A stretch of 64,000 nucleotides of DNA from Dendrobates tinctorius (taxonomy: Eukaryota), in the NCBI RefSeq assembly GCF_039654945.1, contig NW_027361678.1:14880001-14944000 (forward strand). Reading direction: 5' to 3'. Of the stretch, positions 31,497 through 64,000 are shown piece after piece (position 1 is the first letter of the stretch; the number at the start of each line of letters is the position of its first letter). The translations under genes were made by a program, and so were the position numbers. The notes below the pieces were generated by a model. It saw nothing but the letters and a program-made list of their open reading frames with translations, was not told where the DNA came from and ran no database searches.

Positions 31497-33444
31497 TAAC
31501 TTGCGTTGGAGGCAAAGCCGTAACCACATGGGCAACATCTCTAACAATTTCCGGGTATAAAGGAATTGCCTCATGCACAGTCAGTTTTGATGAACGGTTG
31601 AATTTTTCTTTTTCTTTGAGAGCAAGTGAAAAATTTTGCTGAAATATGGTCAATCTGCTTGCTATAGGAGACAGAGTGAAATCTTTTTCCTTGCAGCAAC
31701 GCTTTGCCTGCTCCATATCATCCAAATACTTGTCAAAGTCAAACTCCTCATCCTAACTGCTACCTCAGTCAGAGCTTCTTTTCCTTTAGTAAGCTGTTGA
31801 TCATCAAGCAGTATACGATGACTTGGGTCCACATAAACAGCTGCCAGAAAATTTTTATTTTCCAATAGCTGTGTCTCTCTCCGTTTCATTGAAGCAGAAA
31901 TGCCATCTGCGATTAAATATCCTCTGTGGGACAGGCAAAATAGCAAGTTCTTCCACTCCCTTATGAAAATGCCAGGAGTTAAATCCTCAGCTTGTAATTT
32001 TTTAGTCACGGTAAATAGGTGATTAAGCAATTCCTTCAATTCAGCCACCTGTGTCGATTGACCTTCATTTTGGGTTACCTGAGGGTTCGCCATATCTATA
32101 AGAAACGGTTTTAGCCAGGATCAAAACTGGGGGGGGGCAGAACCTCATACTGTTCCGCATAATCTCATACTGCACACCTCAGCTGCTGCAGAACCTTATA
32201 CTGCACACCCCTACACTTGAAAATAAAGCCTGCACCTTAAGATGTGGTGAATGCAGTCTATTTATTCCAACTATCAATTGATGTTGTTGTGTTACTGAAG
32301 ACGAGCAATGCCTGTCCTGGGCGTCATTTTGGGCAGCTATGAGGTGTAACTGACTGGTGCTAAAAAAAAAGGAGTGTTAGTCTGTGTGCTACCCGGCTTT
32401 CATTCATTTTGGTACAGATAAGATATGGATAGACAGATATGGATAAATGGATAGATAGAGCAGATTTCTAATCTGCTTTTGCTATTGAAAACATTATCCA
32501 TTATCCATAGCTCAAAAACCTTTCAGGTGCTGCGGTTTTTTAAAACGCTGATCTGCTTTGGCAGCTGAAAAACGTATCCTCAAAAAACGCAGCAAAAACA
32601 CTGTGTGTGAATGTAGCCTTAGATCAGGAATAGAACAGTCATTTATAGGACATTTCATAACTTTCCCAAATTCCTATGAAAAAATATTCAGCATATTCTG
32701 CATTGTACTACTGTACCCAATTTATGATATATTTTAGGAGTCGGACCATTTTATACCGACTCCGACTCCACCAAAATGAGCTCCGACTCCACGACTCCGA
32801 CTCCACAGCCCTGCCGGGGAGGTAAACCGAGGCGCCGGTGCTACAGGGACCTGTATGAGCCCTCATCTACATGTCACAGTATAGAGGGAGGCCAAGATGG
32901 AGGAAGCGGGGCATAGAGGTGGGTAGCCCAACGGATGTCGCCGTTACAAGAACAGCTTCATCAGGGGACTGGTTGGACTTTTGATTACTCCCTGGTAGAT
33001 ATGCGAGTGGATTCTTTCATGAATCCGGGGAACCATCCTACAGCATTACATATAGGCATTTGCCTTTTCTTCATTCTTATGGGGTGATTTTTATATACCC
33101 TTCCTGATATATAGCATCACATACAGGCATTTGCCCATTGGGATACCCATGTGCTGCTATCGTCATGCAGTCTTCTTGCTTTTGCCACCAGTGCTTTATT
33201 TCTAATTTGCTCCAGGGCTTTATTGTGTGTCCATTTGAAGCACTGACTTTGTATTCATTTTACTACTCATGACAGTGTATTTGCCTCTCATCAGCTAGTG
33301 GTTTATACACATATATAGTTGTTATCAGGGTGCATATGTGATTGGGATAGGGTGCAGTGCGCCATATTGTGACAGTTTACTTTTCTCATGGGTTTTTTTT
33401 TTCCCAGTGAATATATCCTGTGGATTCCACACTCTATACATATA

Positions 33445-35120
33445 CAGTGCCTTGCGAAAGTATTCGGCCCCCTGGAACTTTTCAACCTTTTCCCACATAT
33501 CATGCTTCAAACATAAAGATACAAAATGTAAATTTTTGGTGAAGAATCAACAACAAGTGGGACACAATTGTGAAGTTGGACGAAATGTATTGGTTATTTT
33601 AAATTTTTGTGGAAATTCAAAAACTGAATTATTCGGCCCCTTTGACTTAATACTTTGTTGCGCCACCTTTTGCTGCGATTACAGCTGCAAGTCGCTTGGG
33701 GTATGTCTCTATCAGTTATGTACATTGAGAGACTGAAATTCTTGCCCATTCTTCCTTGGCAAACAGCTCGAGCTCAGTGAGGTTTGATGGAGATCACTTG
33801 TGAACAGCAGTTTTCAGCTCTTTCCACAGATTCTCGATTGGATTCAGGTCTGGACTTTGACTTGGCCCTTCTAACACCTGGATACGTTTATTTGTGAACC
33901 ATTCCATTGTAGATTTTGCTTTATGTTTGGGATCATTGTCTTGTTGGAAGCCAAATCTCCGTACCAGTCTCAGGTCTTTTGCAGACTCCAACAGGTTTTC
34001 TTCAAGAATGGTCCTGTATTTGGCTCCATCCATCTTCCCGTCAATTTTAACCATCTTCCCTGTCACTGCTGAAGAAAAGCAGGCCCAAACCATGATGCTG
34101 CCACCACCATGTTTGACAGTGGAGATGGTGTGTTCAGGGTGATGAGCTGTGTTGCCTTTACGCCAAACATATCATTTGGCATTGTTGCCAAAAAGTTCGA
34201 TTTTGGTTTCATCTGACCAGTGCACCTTCTTCCACATGTTTGGTGTGTCTCCCAGGTGGCTTGTTGCAAACTTTAAATTACACTTTTTATGGCTATCTTT
34301 GAGAAATGGCTTTCTTCTTGCCAGTCTTCCATAAAGGCCAGATTTGAGCAGTGTACGACTGATTGTTGTCCTATGGACAGACTGTCACACCTCAGCTGTA
34401 GATCTCTGCAGTTCATCCAGAGTGATCATGGGGTTCTTGGCTGCAACTCTGATCAGTCTTCTCCTTGTTTGAGATGAAAGTTTAGAGGGACGGCCGGGTC
34501 TTGGTAGATTTGCAGTGGTATGATACTCCTTCCATTTCAATATGATCGCTTGCACAGTGCTCCTTGGGATGTTTAAAGTCTTGGAAATCATTTTGTATCC
34601 AAATCAGGCTTTAAACTTCTCCACAACAGTGTCACGGACCTGCATGTTGTGTTCCTTGGTCTTTGTGATGCTCTCTGTGCTTGAAACAGTACCCTGAGAC
34701 TATCACAGAGCAGGTGCATTTATATGGAGACTTGATTACACACAGGTGGATTATATTTATCATCATTAGTCATTTAGGACAACATTGGATCATTCAGAGA
34801 TCCACAATGAACTTCTGGAGTGAGTTTGCTGCACTGAAAGTAAAGGGGCCGAATAATATTGCACGCCCCACTTTTCAGTTTTTGAATTTCCACAAAAAAT
34901 TAAAATAACCAACAAATTTCGTTCAACTTCACAATTGTGTCCCACTTGTTCTTTATTCTTCACAATTGTGTTCCACTTGTTGTTTATTCTTCACAATTGT
35001 GTTCCACTTGTTGTTGATTCTTCACCAAAAATTTACATTTTGGTATCTTTATGTTTGAAGCATAATATGTGGGAAAAGGTTGAAAAGTTCCAGGGGGCTG
35101 AATACTTTCGCAAGGCACTG
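33445..35120 (-). mobile_element. Tc1 DD34E transposon, full length, with a pseudogenised transposase
   Basis: TA|CAGTGCCTTGCGAAAGTATTC...GAATACTTTCGCAAGGCACTG|TA with long TIRs; ORF fragments at 33794-34591. Confidence 0.93.
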
Positions 35121-35411
35121 TATTTGGGATTCTTCTGTCAGAGTGTGCCTCTTTTGTAGTTCTCCACTTTGAGTACTATTTTAGGATTAATTGAGGCTAG
35201 ATGTAATTGTTTACATGTGACCATATTGTATATTGATCTATTAACATATGGTATATATCTATATATATATATGCCTGCACAAGGTGTGGAAGCAGGGTTT
35301 ATGCGGGTTGTTTGATTGTTTTTATTCATGTTGTCAATAAAGCTTTTTCCCTTTTATAATGTATTGGTGGTGTGCACTTCATATAGTGGTCTTGCTTTCT
35401 CTTTTTTTGAT

Positions 35412-36065
35412 TACAGTATACGGTGGTCTTGTACGAGCCCCACGTCTCCATGTCACAGTATAGGGGGGTCCTGTATGAGCCCCCACGTCAACGTGTCACA
35501 GTATAGGGGGGTCCTGTAAGAACCCCACGTCTACATGTCACATTATGGAGGGCGTCCTGTACGAGCCCCCCGTCTACCTGTCACAGTATAGAGGGGGTCC
35601 TGTACGAGCCCCTCGTCTACATGTCACAGTATAGAGGGCGTCCTGTACAAGCCCCTCGTCTGCATGTCACCGTATAGAGGGAGTCCTGTACGAGCCCCAC
35701 GTCTATGTGTCACAGTTTAGGGGGTTTCTGTACGAGCCCCACGTCTATGTGTCACAGTATAGGAGGGTCCTGTACGAGCCCCACGTCTACTTGTCACAGT
35801 ATAGAGGGGTCCTGTATGAGCCTCCACGTCTACGTGTCACAGTATAGGGTGGTCCTGGAAGAGCCCACGTCTACATGTCACAGTATAGAGGGGGGACCTG
35901 TACGAGCCTCACGTCTACATGTCACAGTATGGGGGGGGGGTTCCTGTACGAGCCCCTCGTCTACATGTCACATTATAGAGGGGGTCCTGTACGAGCCCCT
36001 CGTCTACATGTCACATTATAGAGGGGGTCCTGTACGAGCCCCTCGTCTACATGTTCACAGTATAG
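35412..36065. repeat. Approximately 42-bp minisatellite, main block (about 15 copies)
   Basis: Direct tandem repeat. Confidence 0.92.
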
Positions 36066-36293
36066 AGGAGAAAACGTCTTATCTTTTGGTAATTATTGTT
36101 GTCACCACCAGGGGGTAGGACAGACAGCCTCCCACACATGTTTACAGGCTGGTTGTTTGTGATAATAGATGTAGATGATGGTTGTAGTAGTGGTGTAGCT
36201 CGGAGCAGTAATCTGGCATGTTTAAGAAGCTGTGTTATATAGTAACTCTTTGTCCTTGTTCTGCAGCGGTGAGGCCGTGACCTGATGTTCTCC

Positions 36294-52612
<16,319 letters not shown>

Positions 52613-52617
<5 letters not shown>

Positions 52618-52652
52618 AGGCACAAACAGCGGCAGCCTGGCATGTGTTTATT
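52613..52652. terminator. Convergent polyadenylation signals: AATAAA (+, 52613-52618, MLH3) and AATAAA (-, 52652-52647, EIF2B2)
   Basis: The plus signal overlaps the MLH3 TAA; the minus signal starts 3 nt after the EIF2B2 TGA. Confidence 0.65.
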
Positions 52653-52655
52653 ACA

Positions 52656-56180
<3,525 letters not shown>

Positions 56181-56409
56181 TCAACCCAGTACAGAAGTGT
56201 AACAAGACAGCATGTTGCCTCCAGGCTGTGATATCCCTGCGCCCACGGCACTTACATATCAGCTTGATAAATACAAAGTGGTAATGTTTTTATATTAGAC
56301 TTTTCCTGATTGTTCCACTCTTGATTTTGGCTTATAGATACTAATGTAAAATACAAAATGTGTGAACGTGGCCGAACACCAAGTGTACAGGACAGGAGGT
56401 AATGTGCAG

Positions 56410-58797
56410 TGTAAATTTTTGCAAATTTATTAAAAAAGGAAAACTGAAATATCACATGGTCTTAAGTATTCAGACCCTTTGCTCACTATTGAGTAGAAGC
56501 ACCTTTTGAGCTAGTACAGCCAGGAGTCTTCTTGGGAATGATGCAACAAGTTTTTCACACCTGGATTTGGGGATCCTCTTCTATTCTTCCTTTCAGATCC
56601 TCTCCAGTTCCGTCAGGTTGGATGGTCAACGTTGGTGGACAGCCATTTTCAGGTCTCTCCAGAGACGCTTAATTGGGTTTAGGTCAGGGCTCTGGCTGGG
56701 CCAGACAAGAATGGTCACAGAGTTGTTCTGAAGCCACTCCTTTGTTATTTTAGCTGTGTGCATTGTCTTGTTGGAAGGTGAACCTTCGGCCAAGTCTGAG
56801 GTCCAGAGCACCCTGGAAGAGGTTTTCATCCAGGATATCTCTGAACTTGGCCGCATTCATGTTTCCTTCAATTGCAACCAGTCGTCTTGTCCCTGCAGCT
56901 GAAAATACCCCCATAGTATGATGCTGCCACCACGTTTCACTGTTGGGATTGTATTGGGCAGGTGATGAGCAGTGCCTGGTTTTCTCCACACATACCGCTT
57001 AGAATTATCACCAAAAAGTTCTATCTTTGTCTCATCAGACCAGAGAATCTTATTTCTCATAGTCTGGGAGTCCTTCATGTGTTTTTTTTTTTAGCAAACT
57101 CTATACGGGCTTTCATACGTCTGGCACTGAGGAGAGGCTTCCGTCGGGCCACTCTGCCGTAAAGGCCCGACTGGTGGAGGGCTGCAGTGATAGTTGACTT
57201 TGTGGAACTTTGTCCCATCTCCATACTGCATATGTGGAGCTCAGCCACAGTGATCTTGGGTGTAGTGAAATATGTATTTGTATGGATGTATGACCAGAAG
57301 TAACTTAGCATCCGTTCTAGGCTGCAGCTCTACACAAAAGGTCATGACCTATGTTATCCTGAGAAAAATACAGTTTTCCTGGTCTCAACCCCAGGGGGCT
57401 TCCTGAGAACACACACAGAATTGAAAATATTTCACACCTACTAGTGTCTTTGATAGGGAGACGCCAAATTACAGCCTGACACTATTTACTATGAGAAAGA
57501 AAAGTTATACAAACAGCGTTCAGAGAAAAATAATGTATTCATTGGCAAAGTAACCACAGTCCAGTCACAAACCAGGAATTAGAATATTAACCTAAGAAGC
57601 TGGTCTAGAAATCTGATCTCCAGGTTAAATCTATAAATTGGGCCTTTACACATAAAAAGATGTTCACAAACTGAGGGACAGCCAAGCTGCTGTGACCTAT
57701 TCCATATGCATTCCCCCCCTCAGGGAGCAGAATGCCAGACTGCCAAGTTTAGATATTTCTGTAAGTTTCTCACTTTTTTTTATAACCATTTTGCATATTG
57801 TATGTCACTTTTTATTTCCATATTTTTTCTATCCTTTTATTGTAAGCACTGTACCTTTTCTATTAAAGCTTAAAACGTTAATAAGTTTGAACCATGTATG
57901 CTCTAAAGAATCCATAGCCTTAGAGAGTGTGATCCTGGTGATTGGCAGACAGTAGTAGTAGTATTTCCGTGATTCATTGCCTGTGTGTTCGGTGAGTGGT
58001 GGCAGATTGTATGAAATGGGGTATGTGGTCTGTGTTGGGGGTGTCATTTATGCTCCCACTGCAGCATACTACAGAGGTTGAATACTGGACTAAGCGAGAG
58101 TAGACTAACCCTTGCAGGCGCAACCCCTGCAGGTGCAACCCCAAGTCACGTGTTGAGAAGTTGGTACATGACATTGGGATTCTTCTTTACTTCTCTCACC
58201 AAAGCTCTTCTCCCATGATTGCTCAGTTTGGCTGGATGGCCAGATCTAGGAAGACTTCAGGTGGTCCCAAACTACCATTTAAGGATTATGGAGGCCACTA
58301 TGCTCTTAGGACCCTTGAGTACTGCAGAAATTCTTTTGTAACCTTGGCCAGATGTGTACCTTGCCACAATTCTGTCTCTGAGCTCCTTGGCCAGTTCCTT
58401 TGACCTCATGATTCTCATTTGGTCTGACATGCACTGTGAGGTCTTATATAGACAGGTGTGTGCCTTTACAAATCAAGTCCTATCAGTTTAATTAAACACA
58501 ACTGGACTCCAATGAAGGAGTAGAACCATCTCAAGGAGGATCACAAGGAAATGGACAGCATGTGACTTAAATATGAGTGTCTGAGCAAAGGGTCTGAATA
58601 CTTATGACCATGTGATATTTCAGTTTTTCTTTTTTAATAAATTTGCAAAATTTTCTACATTTCTGTTTATTTTCTCAGTCAAGATGGGGTGAAGAGTGTG
58701 CATTAATGAGAAAAAAATGAACTTTTTTGAATTTACCAAATGGCTGCAATGAGAAGTGAAAAATTAAAAGGGATGTGAATACTTTCCGTACCCACTT
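56410..58797 (-). mobile_element. Degenerate Tc1 element in EIF2B2 intron 1, interrupted by a solo LTR
   Basis: [13 protein letters not shown] and [11 protein letters not shown] fragments; long TIR remnants. Confidence 0.88.
57261..58173 (+). mobile_element. 913-bp solo LTR
   Basis: TGT...ACA termini and 5-bp TSD TTGGG (57256-57260, 58174-58178); TATAAA near 57632 and ATTAAA near 57862; Tc1 sequence resumes exactly on both sides. Confidence 0.85.
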
Positions 58798-58915
58798 TAT
58801 ACAGGTGCGGTGAAACTGTGCAGTGTACATACACAGGAGCGGTGATACTGTGCAGTGTATACATACAGGAGAGGTGGTACTGTGCAGTTTATACAGGAGC
58901 GGTGGTACTGTGCAG

Positions 58916-59545
58916 CAGGGCTGTGGAGTCGGAGTCGTGGAGTCGGAGTCGGAGCTCATTTTGGTGGAGTCGGAGTCGGTATAAAATGGACCGACTCCTA
59001 AAATATATAATAAATTGGGTACAGTAATTCAATGCAGGATGTGCTGAATATTTTTTCATAGGAGTTTGGGAAAGTTATGAAATGTCCTATAAATGGCTGT
59101 TCTATTCCTGATCTAAGGCTACATTCACACACAGCGTTTTTCCTGTGTTTTTTGAGGATACGTTTTTCAGCTGCAAAAGCTGATCATCTTTTTAAAAAAC
59201 TGCATCACCTGAAAGGTTTTTGAGCTCATAGATAATGTTTTCAATAGCAAAAGCAGATTAGAAATCTGCTCTATCCATTTATCCATATCTGTCTATCCAT
59301 ATCGTATCTGTACCAAAAAGAATGAAAATCGGGTAGTACACCAATATATATTCTGTTCTATCTAAATGTCATGATTATTGTATCATAGAAATGATTAAAT
59401 GTCTGAGGTTCACATTGTACTACAATAAATTTTTCACTTAAATATAAGCAATATGTGTGGGAGTCGGAGTCGTGGAGTCGGAGTCGGAGAAAGGGAAATT
59501 GAGGAGTCGGAGTCGCAGGTTTGGCTTACCGACTCCACAGCCCTG
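58916..59545 (+). mobile_element. 630-bp non-autonomous hAT element, deletion derivative of the 29337-32813 family
   Basis: 8-bp TSD CTGTGCAG; TIR CAGGGCTGTGGAGTCGG; both halves match the ends of 29337-32813 in reverse orientation. Confidence 0.93.
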
Positions 59546-62324
59546 CTGTGCAGGGTATACGTACAGAAGCGGTGATACTGTGCAGTGTATATATACAAGA
59601 GCGGTGGTACTGTGCAGTGTATATATAAAGGACCGGAGAAGTGGTACTGTGCAGTGTATATATAAAGGACAGGAGAAGTTATACTGTGCAGTGTATATAT
59701 AAAGGACAGGAGAAGTTATACTGTGCAGTGTGTATATACAGGACAGGAGGAGTGGTACTGTGCAGTGTATATATACAGGACAGGAGGAGTGGTACTCTAC
59801 AGTGTATATATACAGGACAGGAGGAGTGGTACTCTACAGTGTATATATACAGGACAGGAGGAGTGGAACTGTGCAGTGTATATATACAGGACAGGAGGAG
59901 TGGTACTGTGCAGTGTATATATACAGGACAGGAGGAGTGGCACTGTGCAGTGTATATATACAGGACAGGAGGAGTGGCACTGTGCAGTGTATATATACAG
60001 GATAGGAGGAGTGGTACTGTGCAGTGTATATATACAGGACAGGAGGAGTAGTACAGTGCAGTGTATATATACAGGACAGGAGTGGTACTGTGCAGTGTAT
60101 ATATACAGGACAGGAGGAGTGGTACTGTACAGTGTATATATACAGGACAGGAGGAGGGGTACTGTACAGTGTATATATATACAGGACAGGAGGAGGGGTA
60201 CTGTGCAGTGTATATATATACAGGACAGGAGGAGGGGTACTGTGCAGTGTATATATACAGGACAGGAGGAGTGGTACTGTGCAGTGTATATATACAGGAC
60301 AGGAGGAGTGGCACTGTGCAGTGTATATATACAGGACAGGAGGAGTGGCACTGTGCAGTGTATATATACAGGATAGGAGGAGTGGTACTGTGCAGTGTAT
60401 ATATACAGGACAGGAGGAGTAGTACAGTGCAGTGTATATATACAGGACAGGAGTGGTACTGTGCAGTGTATATATACAGGACAGGAGGAGTGGTACTGTA
60501 CAGTGTATATATACAGGACAGGAGGAGGGGTACTGTACAGTGTATATATATATATATACAGGACAGGAGGAGGGGTACTGTGCAGTGTATATATATACAG
60601 GACAGGAGGAGGGGTACTGTGCAGTGTATATATACAGGACAGGAGGAGGGGTACTGTGCAGTGTATATATACAGAACAGGAGGAGTGGCACTGTGCAGTG
60701 TATATATACAGGATAGGAGGAGTGGTACAGTGCAGTGTATATATACAGGATAGGAGGAGTGGTACAGTGCAGTGTATATATACAGGACAGGAGGAGTGGT
60801 ACAGTGCAGTGTATATATACAGGAGTGGTGGTACTGTGCAGGGTATACGTACAGAAGCGGTGATACTGTGCAGTGTATATATACAGGAGCGGTGGTACTA
60901 TGCAGTGTATATATAAAAGACCGGAGAAGTGGTACTGTGCAGTGTATATATAAAGGACAGGAGAAGTTATACTGTGCAGTGTATATATACAGGACAGGAG
61001 GAGTGGTACTGTGCAGTGTATATATACAGGACAGGAGGAGTGGTACTGTGCAGTGTATATATACAGGACAGGAGGAGTGGTACTGTGCAGTGTATATATA
61101 CAGGACAGGTGGAGTGGTACTCTACAGTGTATATATACAGGACAGGTGGAGTGGTACTCTACAGTGTATATATACAGGACAGGAGGAGTGGTACTCTACA
61201 GTGTATATATACAGGACAGGAGGAGTGGAACTGTGCAGTGTATATATACAGGATAGGAGGAGTGGTACAGTGCAGTGTATATATACAGGATAGGAGGAGT
61301 GGTACAGTGCAGTGTATATATACAGGACAGGAGGAGTGGTACAGTGCAGTGTATATATACAGGACAGGAGGAGTAGTACAGTGCAGTGTATATATACAGG
61401 ACAGGAGTGGTACTGTGCAGTGTATACAGGACAGGAGGAGTGGTACTGTACAGTGTATATATACAGGACAGGAGAATGGTACTGTACAGTGTATATATAA
61501 AGGACAGGAGAAGTGGTACTGTGCAGTGTATATATACAGGACAGGAGGAGTGGTACTGTGCAGTGTATATATAAAGGACAGGAGAAGTGGTACTGTGCAG
61601 TGTGTATATACAGGACAGGAGGAGTGGTACTGTGCAGTGTATATATACAGGACAGGAGGATTGGTACTATGCAGTGTATATATACAGGACAGGCGTGGTG
61701 CTGTGCAGTGTATATATACAGGATAGGAGGAGTGGTACTGTGCAGTGTATATATACAGGAAAGGAGGAGTGGTACTGTGCAGTGTATATATACAGGAAAG
61801 GAGGAGTGGTACTGTGCAGTGTATATATACAGGACAGGAGGAGGGGTACTGTGCAGTGTATATATACAGGACAGGAGGAGGGGTACTGTGCAGTGTATAT
61901 ATACAGGACAGGAGTGGTACTGTGCAGTGTATATATACAGGACAGGTGCGGCGGTACTGTGCGGTGTATATATAAAGAAGCAGCGGTACTGTGCAGTGTA
62001 TATATACAGGAGCGGCGGTACTGTGCGGTGCATATATACAGGAGCGGCGGTACTGTGCGGTGCATATATACAGGTGCGGCGGCACCGTGCGGTGTATATA
62101 TACAGGTGCGGCGGCACTGTGCGGTGTATATATACAGGTGCGGCGGCACTGTGCGGTGTATATATACAGGTGCGGCGGCACTGTGCGGTGTATATATACA
62201 GGTGCGGCGGCACTGTGCGGTGTATATATACAGGTGCGGCGGCACTGTGCGGTGTATATATACAGGTGCGGCGGCACTGTGCGGTGTATATATACAGGTG
62301 CGGCGGCACTGTGCGGTGTATATA

Positions 62325-63918
<1,594 letters not shown>

Positions 63919-64000
63919 TATACAGGAGCGGTGCATATATACAGGAGCGGTGGTACCGTGCGGTGTATATATACAGGAGCGGTGGTACCGTGCAGTGTAT

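Larger units (their letters stand above)
29337..32813 (-). mobile_element. hAT DNA transposon, internally deleted, with C-terminal transposase remnants
   Basis: Terminus CAGGGCTGTGGAGTCGG (minus strand) at 32813, other end clipped at 29337; subterminal GGAGTC repeats; dimerisation-domain peptide ALPPTQV/SVERLFSGLKII. Confidence 0.88.
24752..32845 (-). mobile_element. Ty3/Gypsy chromodomain LTR retrotransposon, degenerate (3' LTR 24752-25320, internal 25321-28810, 5' LTR 28811-32845 interrupted by nested TEs)
   Basis: Two similar TG...CA LTRs and a polypurine tract at 25321-25334. Gag (CRGFINQC, AKVAFIMSHL), RT ([17 protein letters not shown]), RNase H (EVDAS), integrase (SAYHPQSNGQ) and chromodomain (LVDWKGYGPEERSWEP); the protease appears deleted. 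Confidence 0.92.

Overview
Vertebrate genomic DNA, probably anuran (inferred from the transposon repertoire). It carries the conserved syntenic block NEK9 (+, 3' 12 exons) - ZC2HC1C (-) - ACYP1 (+) - MLH3 (+) - EIF2B2 (-, exons 2-8; exon 1 was not found in the window). Introns are either tiny (66-110 nt) or inflated by intron-specific minisatellites and nested transposons. These include Tc1/mariner elements of four catalytic spacings (DD34E, DD35E, DD36E, DD37E; two have uninterrupted ORFs), hAT elements, PIF/Harbinger-like and T2/Kolobok-like MITEs, two L2/CR1-type LINEs, a chromodomain Gypsy provirus, a solo LTR and short Penelope-like fragments with hammerhead-like motifs. Three observations stand out. 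(1) About 600 aa of the MLH3 linker is a 21-copy in-frame coding minisatellite. (2) No MLH3 promoter or first exon is visible, so MLH3 may share the bidirectional ZC2HC1C/ACYP1 promoter. (3) The MLH3 and EIF2B2 stop codons are 38 bp apart, each with an AATAAA at or next to the stop. Gene identities come from recalled vertebrate protein sequences and hand-read splice sites; no searches were run.
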